Shown: positions 1-9,015 of the stretch, piece by piece | Layout of the letters: each line of letters opens with the position of its first letter | How positions within the stretch are numbered: position 1 is the first letter of the stretch | NCBI GenBank assembly: GCA_022711395.1 | Contig: JAKLFA010000003.1 | Location: forward strand, 226,509 to 290,508 | DNA length: 64,000 nucleotides | Reading direction: 5' to 3' | Source: Candidatus Omnitrophota bacterium | GTDB taxonomy: Bacteria > Omnitrophota > Gorgyraeia > Zapsychrales > JANLHA01 | Position numbers and translations under genes: made by a program | The notes under the pieces: model-generated | What the model was told of the DNA's origin: nothing | The model's input: the letters and a program-made list of their open reading frames with translations, nothing else | Database searches by the model: none

Positions 1-1354
1 GCCCCGGTAAAAGCGAACGGCGAAGTTCTGTTTCTGTCCGTCGCATCACGCGGAAGCTCCGGAAGAGAATCCACGCCGACCTTCAGCGTCCCGCCCTGCT
101 TTGAACTCTTCGCGTCACCTTTTTCGAGCTGGTCGATAATGTCCTGCAATTGTTCTCCCAGGAAGATCGAAATGATCGCAGGAGGAGCCTCATGCGAACC
201 CAAACGGTGATCGTTATTGGCTGACGCGACACCCGCGCGCAACGCCGGTGCCCATGTGTCAACCGCTTTGATCACGGCGCAAAGCATGACCAGGAATTTG
301 GCATTCTCATGAGGATTGTCCCCCGGAGAAAGCCAGTTCTTGCCGTCAGGGCCGACGACGGACCAGTTGTTATGTTTACCGGAACCGTTGACGCCGGCAA
401 AAGGCTTTTCGTGCAGCAAGCACGCCAGATTATGCTTTTCAGCGACCTTCTGCATGACTTCCATGCAAAGCATGTTGTGATCGATCGCCAGGTTCAGGCT
501 TTCAAAGACCGGAGCGATCTCATATTGTCCCGGGGCGACCTCATTATGACGGGTCGTGACGGGGGCTCCGAGCTTCCACATTTCACGGTCCAGATCCTCC
601 ATGAACGCCATCACGCGGCTCTTGATCGCGCCGAAATAATGATCGGCCATCTGCTGATGTTTTGCCGGTGCCCGTCCGAACAGCGTGCGGCCGGTCTGCA
701 TCAGGTCAATGCGCTCCTCATAAAATCCGCGGTCGATCAGGAAATATTCCTGCTCAGCGCCGAGCGTTGTATAGGATCTTTGTTCTCCCTTAATGCCAAA
801 CAACTTCGCTAAACGGTCGATCTGCTTGTTCAAAGCCTCCATAGAACGAAGCAGCGGGGTTTTTTTGTCCAAAGCTTCCCCATGATAACCGATAAAATAC
901 GTCGGGATACACAGCGTCGCGCAATTCGGCCCCTCTTTGATAAAGGCCGGGCTCGTTGGGTCCCATCCGGTATATCCGCGCGCCTCAAAAGTCGGGCGCA
1001 AACCGCCTGATGGAAAACTTGAAGCGTCCGGCTCGCCCTGGATCAGGGCCTTGCCTGAGAACTTCATGATGGCCCCGCCTTCCCCGTCAGGAGAAATAAA
1101 GGAGTCGTGCTTTTCAGCGGTCAATCCCGTCAAGGGCTGGAACCAGTGCGTGAAATGCGTCGCCCCCTTGCTGATCGCCCAGGTCTTCATCGCATCCGCG
1201 ACCTCATCGGCGATCTTCGGGTCCAGCTTACCGCCTTCCTTGATCGTCTTTTCCAGCGATTTAAATGCTTTTTCAGAAAGGTAATTGCGCATCACCTTTA
1301 AACTGAATACGTTCTCCCCATAATAATCAGGGACCTGTTGTACTTCACTCTTCA
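1..1354 (-). CDS. glnN: Glutamine synthetase type III (GlnN), N-terminal ~451 aa. The C-terminus lies beyond the window start.
   Basis: Minus-strand translation from ATG at 1354 reads [32 protein letters not shown]. The GSIII-type N-terminus includes the [14 protein letters not shown] region. The ORF is uninterrupted to position 1 and is absent from the track only because it has no stop inside the window. Confidence 0.75.
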
Positions 1355-1491
1355 TTTTTTCCTCCATTGTTCCACCCCCATGTTCTTTACCGCTTGTTCT
1401 TGTGTTTTCATTCTAGCCCTTATAAGCCCCATGCACTATATAAGAGTTAGAAAAATCCAAGCCCCTTGTAAGGGCCCCAGTCTCTTCATTT

Positions 1492-1620
1492 TCATCTGCG
1501 AAGGTCGTTCTTAAGGCCTTTGATCAATTCCTTCTGGGAATATATCGCGCTTTTGAACGCCATCCCGACCGCGCCCACCCCCGCGCAGCAGCCCAACATC
1601 ATGACAATACGCGCAACCAT
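1492..1620 (-). CDS. Hypothetical 42-aa small membrane peptide: MVARIVMMLGCCAGVGAVGMAFKSAIYSQKELIKGLKNDLRR
   Basis: ATG at 1620 lies 6 nt after an AAAGGAG Shine-Dalgarno. The N-terminus is one hydrophobic segment and the tail is amphipathic. It sits on the same strand in the 286-nt gap between glnK and glnN. It is below the 60-aa cutoff of the ORF track. Confidence 0.3.
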   Translation of the reverse strand: MVARIVMMLGCCAGVGAVGMAFKSAIYSQKELIKGLKNDLRR

Positions 1621-1640
1621 AGGAACTCCTTTCATCCGGC

Positions 1641-1982
1641 CTAACCGATGGCCTCGTTTCCTTCTTCTCCGGTCCGGATCCTGATGCAGCGAGGAAGGTC
1701 CAGGATAAAGATCTTTCCGTCGCCGATCTTGCCGCTCCTGGCCCCTTTGATGATCGCCGCGACCGTCGGCTTGACATATTCCTCATTCACGGCGATCTCC
1801 AGCCGGATCTTTTTCAAAAGATTGATCTCCTTCACGGCCCCGCGGTAGCTTTCACTGTAACCTTTTTGCTGGCCGCAGCCCAAGACATTGGTCACGGTCA
1901 TTTTATGGATCTCCGCCTCGAACAAGGCCTTCTTTACTTCCGGAAGTTTGTGCGGCTGGATCATTGCAATAATCAGTTTCAT
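1641..1982 (-). CDS. glnK: Nitrogen regulatory protein P-II (GlnK, encoded next to amtB)
   Basis: 112-aa ORF starting [20 protein letters not shown] with a P-II T-loop region. It lies immediately downstream of amtB in the canonical amtB-glnK pairing. Start chosen at the internal MKL of track ORF 1641..2015. Confidence 0.9.
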   Translation of the reverse strand: MKLIIAMIQPHKLPEVKKALFEAEIHKMTVTNVLGCGQQKGYSESYRGAVKEINLLKKIRLEIAVNEEYVKPTVAAIIKGARSGKIGDGKIFILDLPRCIRIRTGEEGNEAIG

Positions 1983-2032
1983 AATTTTATCCTTTCTCAA
2001 AAAGACACATGTCATTCGCTTCCTGTGTCTTG

Positions 2033-3376
2033 TTAATCATTTGCGAAGATCTGAAACCCTCCATAAGCCTCCATGCCGTGCTCACTGATATCAAGACCTT
2101 TGATCTCTTCTTCTTCCGTCACGCGGATGCCAACCGTGAGCTTGCAGATAAGCATGATCAAATAAGCCGCTGGAAACGCGACCGCCCCGTAGACCACAAC
2201 GCCCAATAGCTGTGTCAGAAAGGAGTGGTCCGGATTCGTGCTGAAGATCCCTACCGCCAGCGTTCCCCAGATCCCGCAGAGCAAGTGAACCGACAAGGCG
2301 CCCACAGGATCATCCAGTTTCAATTTTGAATCGATAAAAATAACGGCCAAAACGACCAGGACACCGGCGATCGCCCCGATGATCACAGAAGACAGAACGG
2401 ATACCGTGTCTGCCCCTGCAGTGATCCCGACCAGACCCGCAAGGCAGCCGTTTAAGACCATAGAAAGATCGGGTTTTTTCTGAACAATGTTGGAAGTAAA
2501 CATCGCGGTCACCATTCCAGCGGCCGCGGCCAGGGATGTCGTCACCAACACATACGACACGGCCCCCGGGTCAGCGCTCAACACCGATCCGCCGTTAAAC
2601 CCGAACCAGCCCAGCCAAAGCATAAAAACTCCGATCGTCGCCAAAGGCATGCTATGACCGGGGATCGCTTTAGAACCGGCCCCATTATATTTACCGATCC
2701 TTGGGCCCAACAGAAGAACTCCTGCCAACGCTCCCCAGCCTCCCACAGAATGCACCAGGGTCGAACCGGCAAAATCATGAAAACCCAGATCATTAAGCCA
2801 GCCGCCGCCCCATTTCCAACTGCCTACAAAAGGGTAAACCAAGCCGACAAAAAAGAGCGAGAACCATAAAAACCCTTTTAAATGCACGCGTTCTGCGACC
2901 GCGCCGGACACGATTGTCGCGGCTGTCGCGGCGAACATTCCCTGGAAAAGAAAATCTGTCCAATAGGTATAATGACCGTCCGCGTAAGCGATCAGTCCGG
3001 CCGCTCCTTCGGGAGCTGAAATTCCGAATCCGCCGAACCCGAACCATTTCCCCAAGATCCACTCCTCGCCCGGATACATCAAATTGAACCCAAGCAAAAC
3101 ATACGTCAGGAGCCCGATCGGAACGATCATCGCGTTCTTAAAAAGGATATTCACCGTGTTTTTGGCCCGGGTCAATCCGCTTTCAAGAGTGGCAAAACCC
3201 AAATGCATCACAAAGACCAAAAACGTCGATACCATCATCCAAATATTATTGGTCGTGAACATTGCCTCATTGGCAGCCGTCATGGCATCGTCCCCTGCCC
3301 ATGACAAGACCGGCACCAGCATCAGGCACCCTGCCAGAAGGCCCAGCAGCTTTAACGATTTCATCAGCGGTCTCAT
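2033..3376 (-). CDS. amtB: Ammonium transporter AmtB (Amt/MEP family) with signal peptide
   Basis: 447 aa and multi-TM. It has Amt family hallmarks, including paired His regions and [13 protein letters not shown] and [15 protein letters not shown] stretches. Confidence 0.92.
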   Translation of the reverse strand: MRPLMKSLKLLGLLAGCLMLVPVLSWAGDDAMTAANEAMFTTNNIWMMVSTFLVFVMHLGFATLESGLTRAKNTVNILFKNAMIVPIGLLTYVLLGFNLMYPGEEWILGKWFGFGGFGISAPEGAAGLIAYADGHYTYWTDFLFQGMFAATAATIVSGAVAERVHLKGFLWFSLFFVGLVYPFVGSWKWGGGWLNDLGFHDFAGSTLVHSVGGWGALAGVLLLGPRIGKYNGAGSKAIPGHSMPLATIGVFMLWLGWFGFNGGSVLSADPGAVSYVLVTTSLAAAAGMVTAMFTSNIVQKKPDLSMVLNGCLAGLVGITAGADTVSVLSSVIIGAIAGVLVVLAVIFIDSKLKLDDPVGALSVHLLCGIWGTLAVGIFSTNPDHSFLTQLLGVVVYGAVAFPAAYLIMLICKLTVGIRVTEEEEIKGLDISEHGMEAYGGFQIFAND

Positions 3377-3473
3377 GGTTGATCTCCTTTCAACATGATG
3401 TTCTCTGAAAATAAAAAAATCCTTGGCCCTGCAAAAATTGCAGGATCAAGGACCTCTTCGCCCGTTTCGGACA

Positions 3474-3508
3474 TAAAAAAACCTCAACTTCTCCGTCGAA
3501 AAGTTGAG
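3474..3508 (-). terminator. Strong intrinsic terminator or attenuator hairpin inside the amtB 5' leader
   Basis: On the minus strand: CCUCAACUU(U)UC-GACG-GA(G)AAGUUGAGG, an 11-12 bp stem followed directly by UUUUUUU. It lies about 100 nt upstream of the amtB ATG and downstream of the predicted promoter. Confidence 0.45.
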
Positions 3509-3565
3509 GGCTTCTGCGCCCGTCTAAAATTTTTTTCTAAAGACCGCAACGCCTTCAGATGTTTA

Positions 3566-3594
3566 AACTATACCCGAATCTTTTTTCATTGTCA
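3566..3594 (-). promoter_or_regulatory. Sigma-70-type promoter for amtB-glnK: TTGACA-17 nt-TATAGT
   Basis: On the minus strand a perfect -35 TTGACA (plus 3589-3594) is spaced 17 nt from a -10 TATAGT (plus 3566-3571), about 185 nt upstream of the amtB ATG. Confidence 0.4.
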
Positions 3595-3650
3595 AGTTTT
3601 TTTTAAAAATCATCCGTTTTCAAACCTTCCGCGCGCGTTATAATAACCTT

Positions 3651-4052
3651 ATGGAAAAATTGAACCTTCGCACAGCCTCGCGGCAAGAGATCATCGATAT
3701 CACCCCGCAGATCAAAAAATTCCTGTCCTCCCAAAAGGCCGGATCAGGGATCGTTCTTGTTTTCTCTCCCCATACCACGGCCGGTATTACGGTCAATGAG
3801 AATGCGGACCCTGATGTTAAGACCGATTTAACCGCTTTTCTCAGCACGCTTGTGCCCCAAAATCCCTCTTTTCAGCATGCGGAAGGAAACTCCGATTCCC
3901 ACATTAAAGGGAGTTTAGTGAACTTTTCTCAGGCCTTTATTGTGGAAAACGGGCAAATTCAGCTTGGAACCTGGCAAAGCATCTTTTTTATGGAGTTTGA
4001 CGGCCCGCGCAACCGGGAAATTTGGCTTCAGTTTACGGGAAGCACAAAATGA
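3651..4052 (+). CDS. YjbQ/UPF0047 family protein (secondary thiamine-phosphate synthase enzyme family)
   Basis: 133 aa containing GSGIVLVFSPHTTAGITVNENADPDV and DSHIKGSLVN motifs typical of the YjbQ family. Confidence 0.8.
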   Translation: MEKLNLRTASRQEIIDITPQIKKFLSSQKAGSGIVLVFSPHTTAGITVNENADPDVKTDLTAFLSTLVPQNPSFQHAEGNSDSHIKGSLVNFSQAFIVENGQIQLGTWQSIFFMEFDGPRNREIWLQFTGSTK

Positions 4053-4104
4053 AAAGGCCGCCCTGTTTTACGGACGGCCTTAACATGCCAGAAACTTGTC
4101 CCGT

Positions 4105-4866
4105 TTAGAATTTATACTTCAACCCCACAACAAATTGCGTGTCGGTCTTTTTCTTCCCCGCGGACGGCTCCGTATTGTGGTCGATAATATATTTAACCTC
4201 CAGATCCAGGTCTTTGCTGAGAGGATTGGAAAACACCGTTTCGGATCTTGTCTGAACACCGGCGCCAGAGCTCAGCCCGGGATAAACGGTCAGGTCCTCC
4301 GAGAGGAAAGCATTCTCCAAGACTTTTTTCTTCATGAACGTATGAAGCAAAACTGTCGGATCTTCATCATCTGCCGCAGTATCAATACGATGGCGGGTGA
4401 TACGGTAACCCAAACCGGCATCCACATCCCAGGTCCAGTCTTCTGTCCGAGAGAGATGATATCCCAGGCCCGTCGCAGGCGTGACCCGGTAATCAATGTC
4501 CGCGAAATAATCGTGATCTACCAGGACCTGATAAAAATTGAACCACAGATCGTCTTTTCCAAAATCATAGGAATACTTGCTCAACGCATCCCACTTCTGA
4601 CCGTCCATTTTGTTGTTCGATTGCGAATAGAACGCGCTGCCTTTGAGCGTGAACGTTGATTTTTCCCATTTTTTTGCGGCCTGCGCGGAAATGCTTCCGG
4701 AACCCTTATCCGTATTTCCGCCGCTTTGGTTATACCCCGCAAATACATCCCCGGTCCATCCTTCTAAAAGGCCGCCTGCAAAAGCCGGACCGCTCACCAT
4801 CAACACCGCCAGCAGACCGATACCAAACGAAAAACCCGTTTTCAAAACTTTTCGCCACTTCTTCAT
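4105..4866 (-). CDS. DUF481 (YdiY-like) outer-membrane beta-barrel protein with signal peptide
   Basis: 253 aa with an N-terminal signal peptide (LLAVLMVSGPAFAGG) and alternating amphipathic beta strands. The C-terminus is aromatic (GLKYKF). Confidence 0.65.
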   Translation of the reverse strand: MKKWRKVLKTGFSFGIGLLAVLMVSGPAFAGGLLEGWTGDVFAGYNQSGGNTDKGSGSISAQAAKKWEKSTFTLKGSAFYSQSNNKMDGQKWDALSKYSYDFGKDDLWFNFYQVLVDHDYFADIDYRVTPATGLGYHLSRTEDWTWDVDAGLGYRITRHRIDTAADDEDPTVLLHTFMKKKVLENAFLSEDLTVYPGLSSGAGVQTRSETVFSNPLSKDLDLEVKYIIDHNTEPSAGKKKTDTQFVVGLKYKF

Positions 4867-5177
4867 GTCTCCCCCTTTTTAAATGTTAACCCATCCAAAA
4901 CAAACCCAACAACCCTTATCAGTATAACCACATCCTCTTGAAAAGAAAGGATTTAAATGCCTTTTAAAACCCCGCTCAGAGCCGTGTTTTCCGCCGAACC
5001 GGCAAAACCCATAAAAAGGCCTTCGTTCAAAACCAAAACGCCCTTATCCCTGTTTTTATTTTAATAAAAACCCTGGCACAATAAATAAAAAAACCGTATA
5101 ATGTCTCCCATTCAAATAAAAAATTTAATAGTATTTTTTGTCATAAAAAGATTAATAGAATTCTTTTATCTCAAGAC

Positions 5178-6044
5178 ATGAACCAGCCCAATACAATCGT
5201 TGAGAAAAAACAATTATCAGATGACGTCTTTCGATTCAAAGTGCTCTCTCCTTTGATAGCCGAATCCTGCCGGCCGGGACAGTTTATAATTTTGCAAATT
5301 TCTGATAACGGGGAACGGATCCCTTTGACCATCGCCGACTCAAACGCGACACAGGGACTCATAACGCTGATCTTTCAAACAGTAGGAAAAACAACTCATC
5401 TGCTTGCTGAGCTTTCTGAAGGCGAGACCATCCTTAACCTGGTCGGCCCCCTGGGAAAACCAACCCATGTCGAAAAAGTCGGCACAGTTGTTTGTGTCGG
5501 CGGCGGGATCGGCGTCGCTCCACTATACCCGATCGCGAAAGCCATGAAAACCGCGGGAAACGAACTGATCGTGATCATCGGCGCCCGTAACCGGCAACTG
5601 ATCATCCTCGAAGAAGAAATGAGGGCCATCGCCGATGAACTTATTGTGTGCACGGATGATGGCTCTTACGGCGAAAAGGCCCTGGTGACTGCTCCTCTTA
5701 AAAGGCTATGCGAAAACACAAAAAAACCGGACCTGGCGATCGCGATCGGCCCGCCCATCATGATGAAGTTCTGCGCTGAAACAACCCGTCCTTACCAAGT
5801 CCCGACCGTTGTATCGCTCAATACCATTATGATTGATGGGACAGGCATGTGCGGCGGCTGCCGCGTGACCGTGGGAGGAAAGACCCAGTTCGTTTGTGTT
5901 GACGGTCCTGAGTTTGATGGCCACCTGGTTGACTTCAACAATATGATGCAACGCTTGAAATCTTATAAACAACATGAGCATAACGCCCATGAACAGTGTC
6001 ACCTCGATATCGAAATAAAAAAACAGGCTGTCGCCAAAACATAA
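5178..6044 (+). CDS. nfnA: NfnA/SudB-like subunit (ferredoxin-NADP+ reductase, FAD/NAD-binding plus [2Fe-2S]); partner of the downstream GltD-like subunit
   Basis: 288 aa. It has the FNR-like fold (GQFIILQI, GGGIGVAPLYPIAK) and a C-terminal Cys cluster CGGCRV...C typical of SudB/NfnA/PyrK-like proteins. Confidence 0.75.
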   Translation: MNQPNTIVEKKQLSDDVFRFKVLSPLIAESCRPGQFIILQISDNGERIPLTIADSNATQGLITLIFQTVGKTTHLLAELSEGETILNLVGPLGKPTHVEKVGTVVCVGGGIGVAPLYPIAKAMKTAGNELIVIIGARNRQLIILEEEMRAIADELIVCTDDGSYGEKALVTAPLKRLCENTKKPDLAIAIGPPIMMKFCAETTRPYQVPTVVSLNTIMIDGTGMCGGCRVTVGGKTQFVCVDGPEFDGHLVDFNNMMQRLKSYKQHEHNAHEQCHLDIEIKKQAVAKT

Positions 6045-6060
6045 CATCCTTTTTTCAAAA

Positions 6061-7533
6061 ATGCCCGAACAAGAATACAATCCAACATCCGTAACAATTC
6101 CTGATCCGAAACAATTAAAACCAAAAGACCGGCTGGCGATCCCTCCACAGCCCATGCCGTCTCAAGACCCTCTGGTCCGGCGAAAAAACATGAGCGAGGT
6201 CGCCCTGGGGTATTCCCCGGAACAGGCCCGTTTGGAAGCTTTACGATGCCTGCAATGCAAGACCGCTCCCTGCGTGACCGGATGCCCCGTGCAGATCGAT
6301 ATCCCGGGGTTCATTGCGGCCATCGCCAATGAAGATTATAAAAAAGCGATCGGGATCATCAAAACAAACAGTTTGCTTCCCGCGGTCTGCGGAAGGGTCT
6401 GCCCGCAAGAAACACAATGCCAGGCCCCCTGCACCGTTGGAAAATCATTAAAAGATGTCGACAAGGCTGTTTCGATCGGACGGCTTGAGCGTTTTGTCGC
6501 CGATTGGGAACGGAACAACGGCCTGAGCGCCGCTCCTGAGGTCAAAAAGGAAACCGGGAAAAAAGTGGCGGTGCTTGGAAGCGGCCCGGCCAGCATCACC
6601 GTTGCCGCCGATGTACGAAGAGAAGGCCATGCCGTCACGATCTTTGAGGCTTTTCATAAAACCGGCGGCGTGATGGTCTACGGGATCCCGGAATTCCGCC
6701 TGCCCAAAAAGATCGTGCAGGCTGAAATTGACGGCCTGAAATCCATGGGTGTCGAGATCAAAACGAATTTCGTGATCGGCCGCACTAGGACCCTCTCCGA
6801 CCTGTTGACCAAAGACGGCTACGATGCCGTTTTTATCGGCACCGGCGCGGGCCTGCCCAAGTTCATGAACATCGAAGGGGAAGATTTAGTCGGTGTCTTT
6901 TCCGCCAATGAATATTTAACGCGCTCCAATCTCATGCGCGCTTATGATTTTGAACAGGCCCACACCCCCATTTATCCTTCCGTCAAGGTCGCGGTCTTAG
7001 GAGGCGGCAACGTCGCCATGGATGCGGCACGGACCGCGGTCCGGCTGGGGGCCAAAGAGGTCTATCTGATTTACAGGCGCACCGAAGTCGAGATGCCTGC
7101 ACGCGTTGAAGAGGTCCATCACGCCAAAGAAGAAGGCGTGATCTTTCATTTTCTTGAGAATGCCAAACGGATCCTCGGCAATGAAGAGGGCCGCGTTAAA
7201 GGCATCGAGTGCCTGCGCTATGAACTCGGCGAACCCGACGAATCCGGAAGGCGCCGTCCGGTCGTGATCAAAGGAAGTGAGTTTACGATCGATGTCGATA
7301 CCGTGATCGTCGCCATCGGCAACGATTCGAACCCCTTGATCAAACAAACGACCCCGCAACTGGAAACAAATAAGTGGGGCAACATCGTTGTTGATGAAAA
7401 CTGTAAAACATCGCTGGAAGGTGTTTACGCTGGAGGTGATATTGTCTTGGGCGCCGCCACAGTGATCCTTGCCATGGGACAGGGACGGACCGCGGCCCAC
7501 GCCATCAATCAATATTTAAGCTCGAAAAAATAA
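6061..7533 (+). CDS. nfnB: NfnB/SudA/GltD-like subunit (glutamate synthase small-chain homolog: 2x[4Fe-4S], FAD, NADPH)
   Basis: 490 aa. It contains CLQCKTAPCVTGCP, the VAVLGSGPA Rossmann motif, VLGGGNVAMDAAR and a C-terminal GGD motif. Confidence 0.8.
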   Translation: MPEQEYNPTSVTIPDPKQLKPKDRLAIPPQPMPSQDPLVRRKNMSEVALGYSPEQARLEALRCLQCKTAPCVTGCPVQIDIPGFIAAIANEDYKKAIGIIKTNSLLPAVCGRVCPQETQCQAPCTVGKSLKDVDKAVSIGRLERFVADWERNNGLSAAPEVKKETGKKVAVLGSGPASITVAADVRREGHAVTIFEAFHKTGGVMVYGIPEFRLPKKIVQAEIDGLKSMGVEIKTNFVIGRTRTLSDLLTKDGYDAVFIGTGAGLPKFMNIEGEDLVGVFSANEYLTRSNLMRAYDFEQAHTPIYPSVKVAVLGGGNVAMDAARTAVRLGAKEVYLIYRRTEVEMPARVEEVHHAKEEGVIFHFLENAKRILGNEEGRVKGIECLRYELGEPDESGRRRPVVIKGSEFTIDVDTVIVAIGNDSNPLIKQTTPQLETNKWGNIVVDENCKTSLEGVYAGGDIVLGAATVILAMGQGRTAAHAINQYLSSKK

Positions 7534-7584
7534 TCTTTTGCGAAAGACCTTATCTTAATTCAAAATCACACATCGGAGGAAAAA

Positions 7585-8925
7585 ATGCCAGACCCAAAAG
7601 TACAAGAGTTCATGGAAAAGATCGTGGCGAAAAATCCCGGCGAGCCTGAGTTCCACCAGGCTGTGCAGGAAGTCGCTGAATCCCTTATGCCGTTCATTGA
7701 CAAAAACCCTCAATACAAAAAAGCGAAGATCCTTGAGCGCCTCGCTGAGCCGGAACGGGTGATCACCTTCCGCGTCCCATGGCTGGATGATAAAGGCGAG
7801 ATCCAGATCAACCGCGGATTCCGCGTCGAAATGAACAGCGCTCTTGGTCCATACAAAGGCGGGCTTCGTTTCCACCCGACGGTCTATCTGGGAATGTTGA
7901 AATTCCTCGCTTTTGAACAGGTCTTAAAAAACAGCCTGACCACCCTTCCTATGGGCGGCGGAAAAGGCGGTTCGGATTTCGATCCTAAAGGAAAGTCAGA
8001 AAATGAAGTGATGAAGTTCTGCCAAAGTTTCATGACCGAACTTCAACGGCACATCGGCCCTGACACCGACGTCCCGGCAGGTGATATCGGTGTTGGAAAA
8101 CGGGAAATCGGTTTTATGTTCGGCCAATACAAAAGGCTCCGCAACGAATTCACCGGCGTCCTGACAGGAAAAGGCCTTAGCTGGGGCGGCAGCCTTATCC
8201 GTCCTGAAGCAACAGGCTATGGTTGCGTGTATTTCACACAGGCCATGCTCGAAACACAGGGCGACTCTCTGAAAGGAAAGGTCTGCGCTGTTTCCGGATC
8301 AGGCAACGTGGCACAGTATACCGTTGAAAAGGTCAACCATTTGGGCGGGAAATGCGTCACGCTCTCTGATTCCAACGGCACGATCCATGACCCTGACGGG
8401 ATCAATGAAGAAAAGCTTGCTTTTATCATGGAGCTGAAGAACGTTAAACGCGGGCGCATCAAAGAATATGCCGATAAATTCAAATGTGATTATTACGACG
8501 GAAAAAGACCGTGGCATATCAAATGCGATGTCGCTTTCCCGTCCGCAACGCAGAACGAGATCAATGAAGCCGACGCGAAACAGCTTGTCAAGAACGGCTG
8601 TATCGCCGTAGGCGAAGGCGCCAATATGCCGACAACTCCGGAAGGGGTTGAGGTCTTTCAAAAGGCGAAGATCTGCTACGGCCCCGGCAAAGCGGCCAAC
8701 GCCGGCGGGGTCGCCACATCCGGCCTGGAGATGTCCCAGAACAGCCTCAGGCTGTCCTGGACCCGCGAAGAGGTGGATCGACGCCTGCATGATATCATGC
8801 TTGCTATCCACGCACAGTGCGCGAAATACGGCAAGGAAGGCAATTATATCGACTATGTCAAAGGCGCCAACATCGCGGGCTTTGTCAAAGTCGCCGATGC
8901 CATGCTGGACCAGGGTTTAGTTTAA
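7585..8925 (+). CDS. gdhA: NADP-specific glutamate dehydrogenase
   Basis: 446 aa with Glu/Leu/Phe/Val dehydrogenase signatures ([18 protein letters not shown]; GSGNVAQY Rossmann). Confidence 0.92.
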   Translation: MPDPKVQEFMEKIVAKNPGEPEFHQAVQEVAESLMPFIDKNPQYKKAKILERLAEPERVITFRVPWLDDKGEIQINRGFRVEMNSALGPYKGGLRFHPTVYLGMLKFLAFEQVLKNSLTTLPMGGGKGGSDFDPKGKSENEVMKFCQSFMTELQRHIGPDTDVPAGDIGVGKREIGFMFGQYKRLRNEFTGVLTGKGLSWGGSLIRPEATGYGCVYFTQAMLETQGDSLKGKVCAVSGSGNVAQYTVEKVNHLGGKCVTLSDSNGTIHDPDGINEEKLAFIMELKNVKRGRIKEYADKFKCDYYDGKRPWHIKCDVAFPSATQNEINEADAKQLVKNGCIAVGEGANMPTTPEGVEVFQKAKICYGPGKAANAGGVATSGLEMSQNSLRLSWTREEVDRRLHDIMLAIHAQCAKYGKEGNYIDYVKGANIAGFVKVADAMLDQGLV

Positions 8926-9015
8926 GCCGGATCTTGATCGGTTTAAGCTTGTTTTTTCTGAAGATACGCAATACCCCCGCCGAAAAATTTTTCGGCGGGG
9001 GTTCACCAAAAACAG

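Noticed and set aside
3421-3445. A sigma-54 (-24/-12) promoter near TGGCCCTGCAAAAATTGCA upstream of amtB, and TGGCAC upstream of nfnA (about 5082)
   Set aside because: GG-to-GC spacing is 3 nt too long in the first case. The -12 TTGC element is missing in the second. A consensus sigma-70 promoter explains the amtB region better.
3377-3600. A glutamine (glnA-motif) riboswitch in the amtB leader
   Set aside because: The conserved ACGGAAGUAGG and AAGGAACGC elements are absent. Only short, chance-level matches such as GACGG are present.
4957-5064. A 35-aa Lys/Pro-rich ORF (MPFKTPLRAVFSAEPAKPIKRPSFKTKTPLSLFLF) with an AAAGGA SD upstream of nfnA
   Set aside because: It has a low-complexity composition in an A-rich intergenic region and no hydrophobic core or recognisable leader-peptide logic. 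It is recorded but unsupported.
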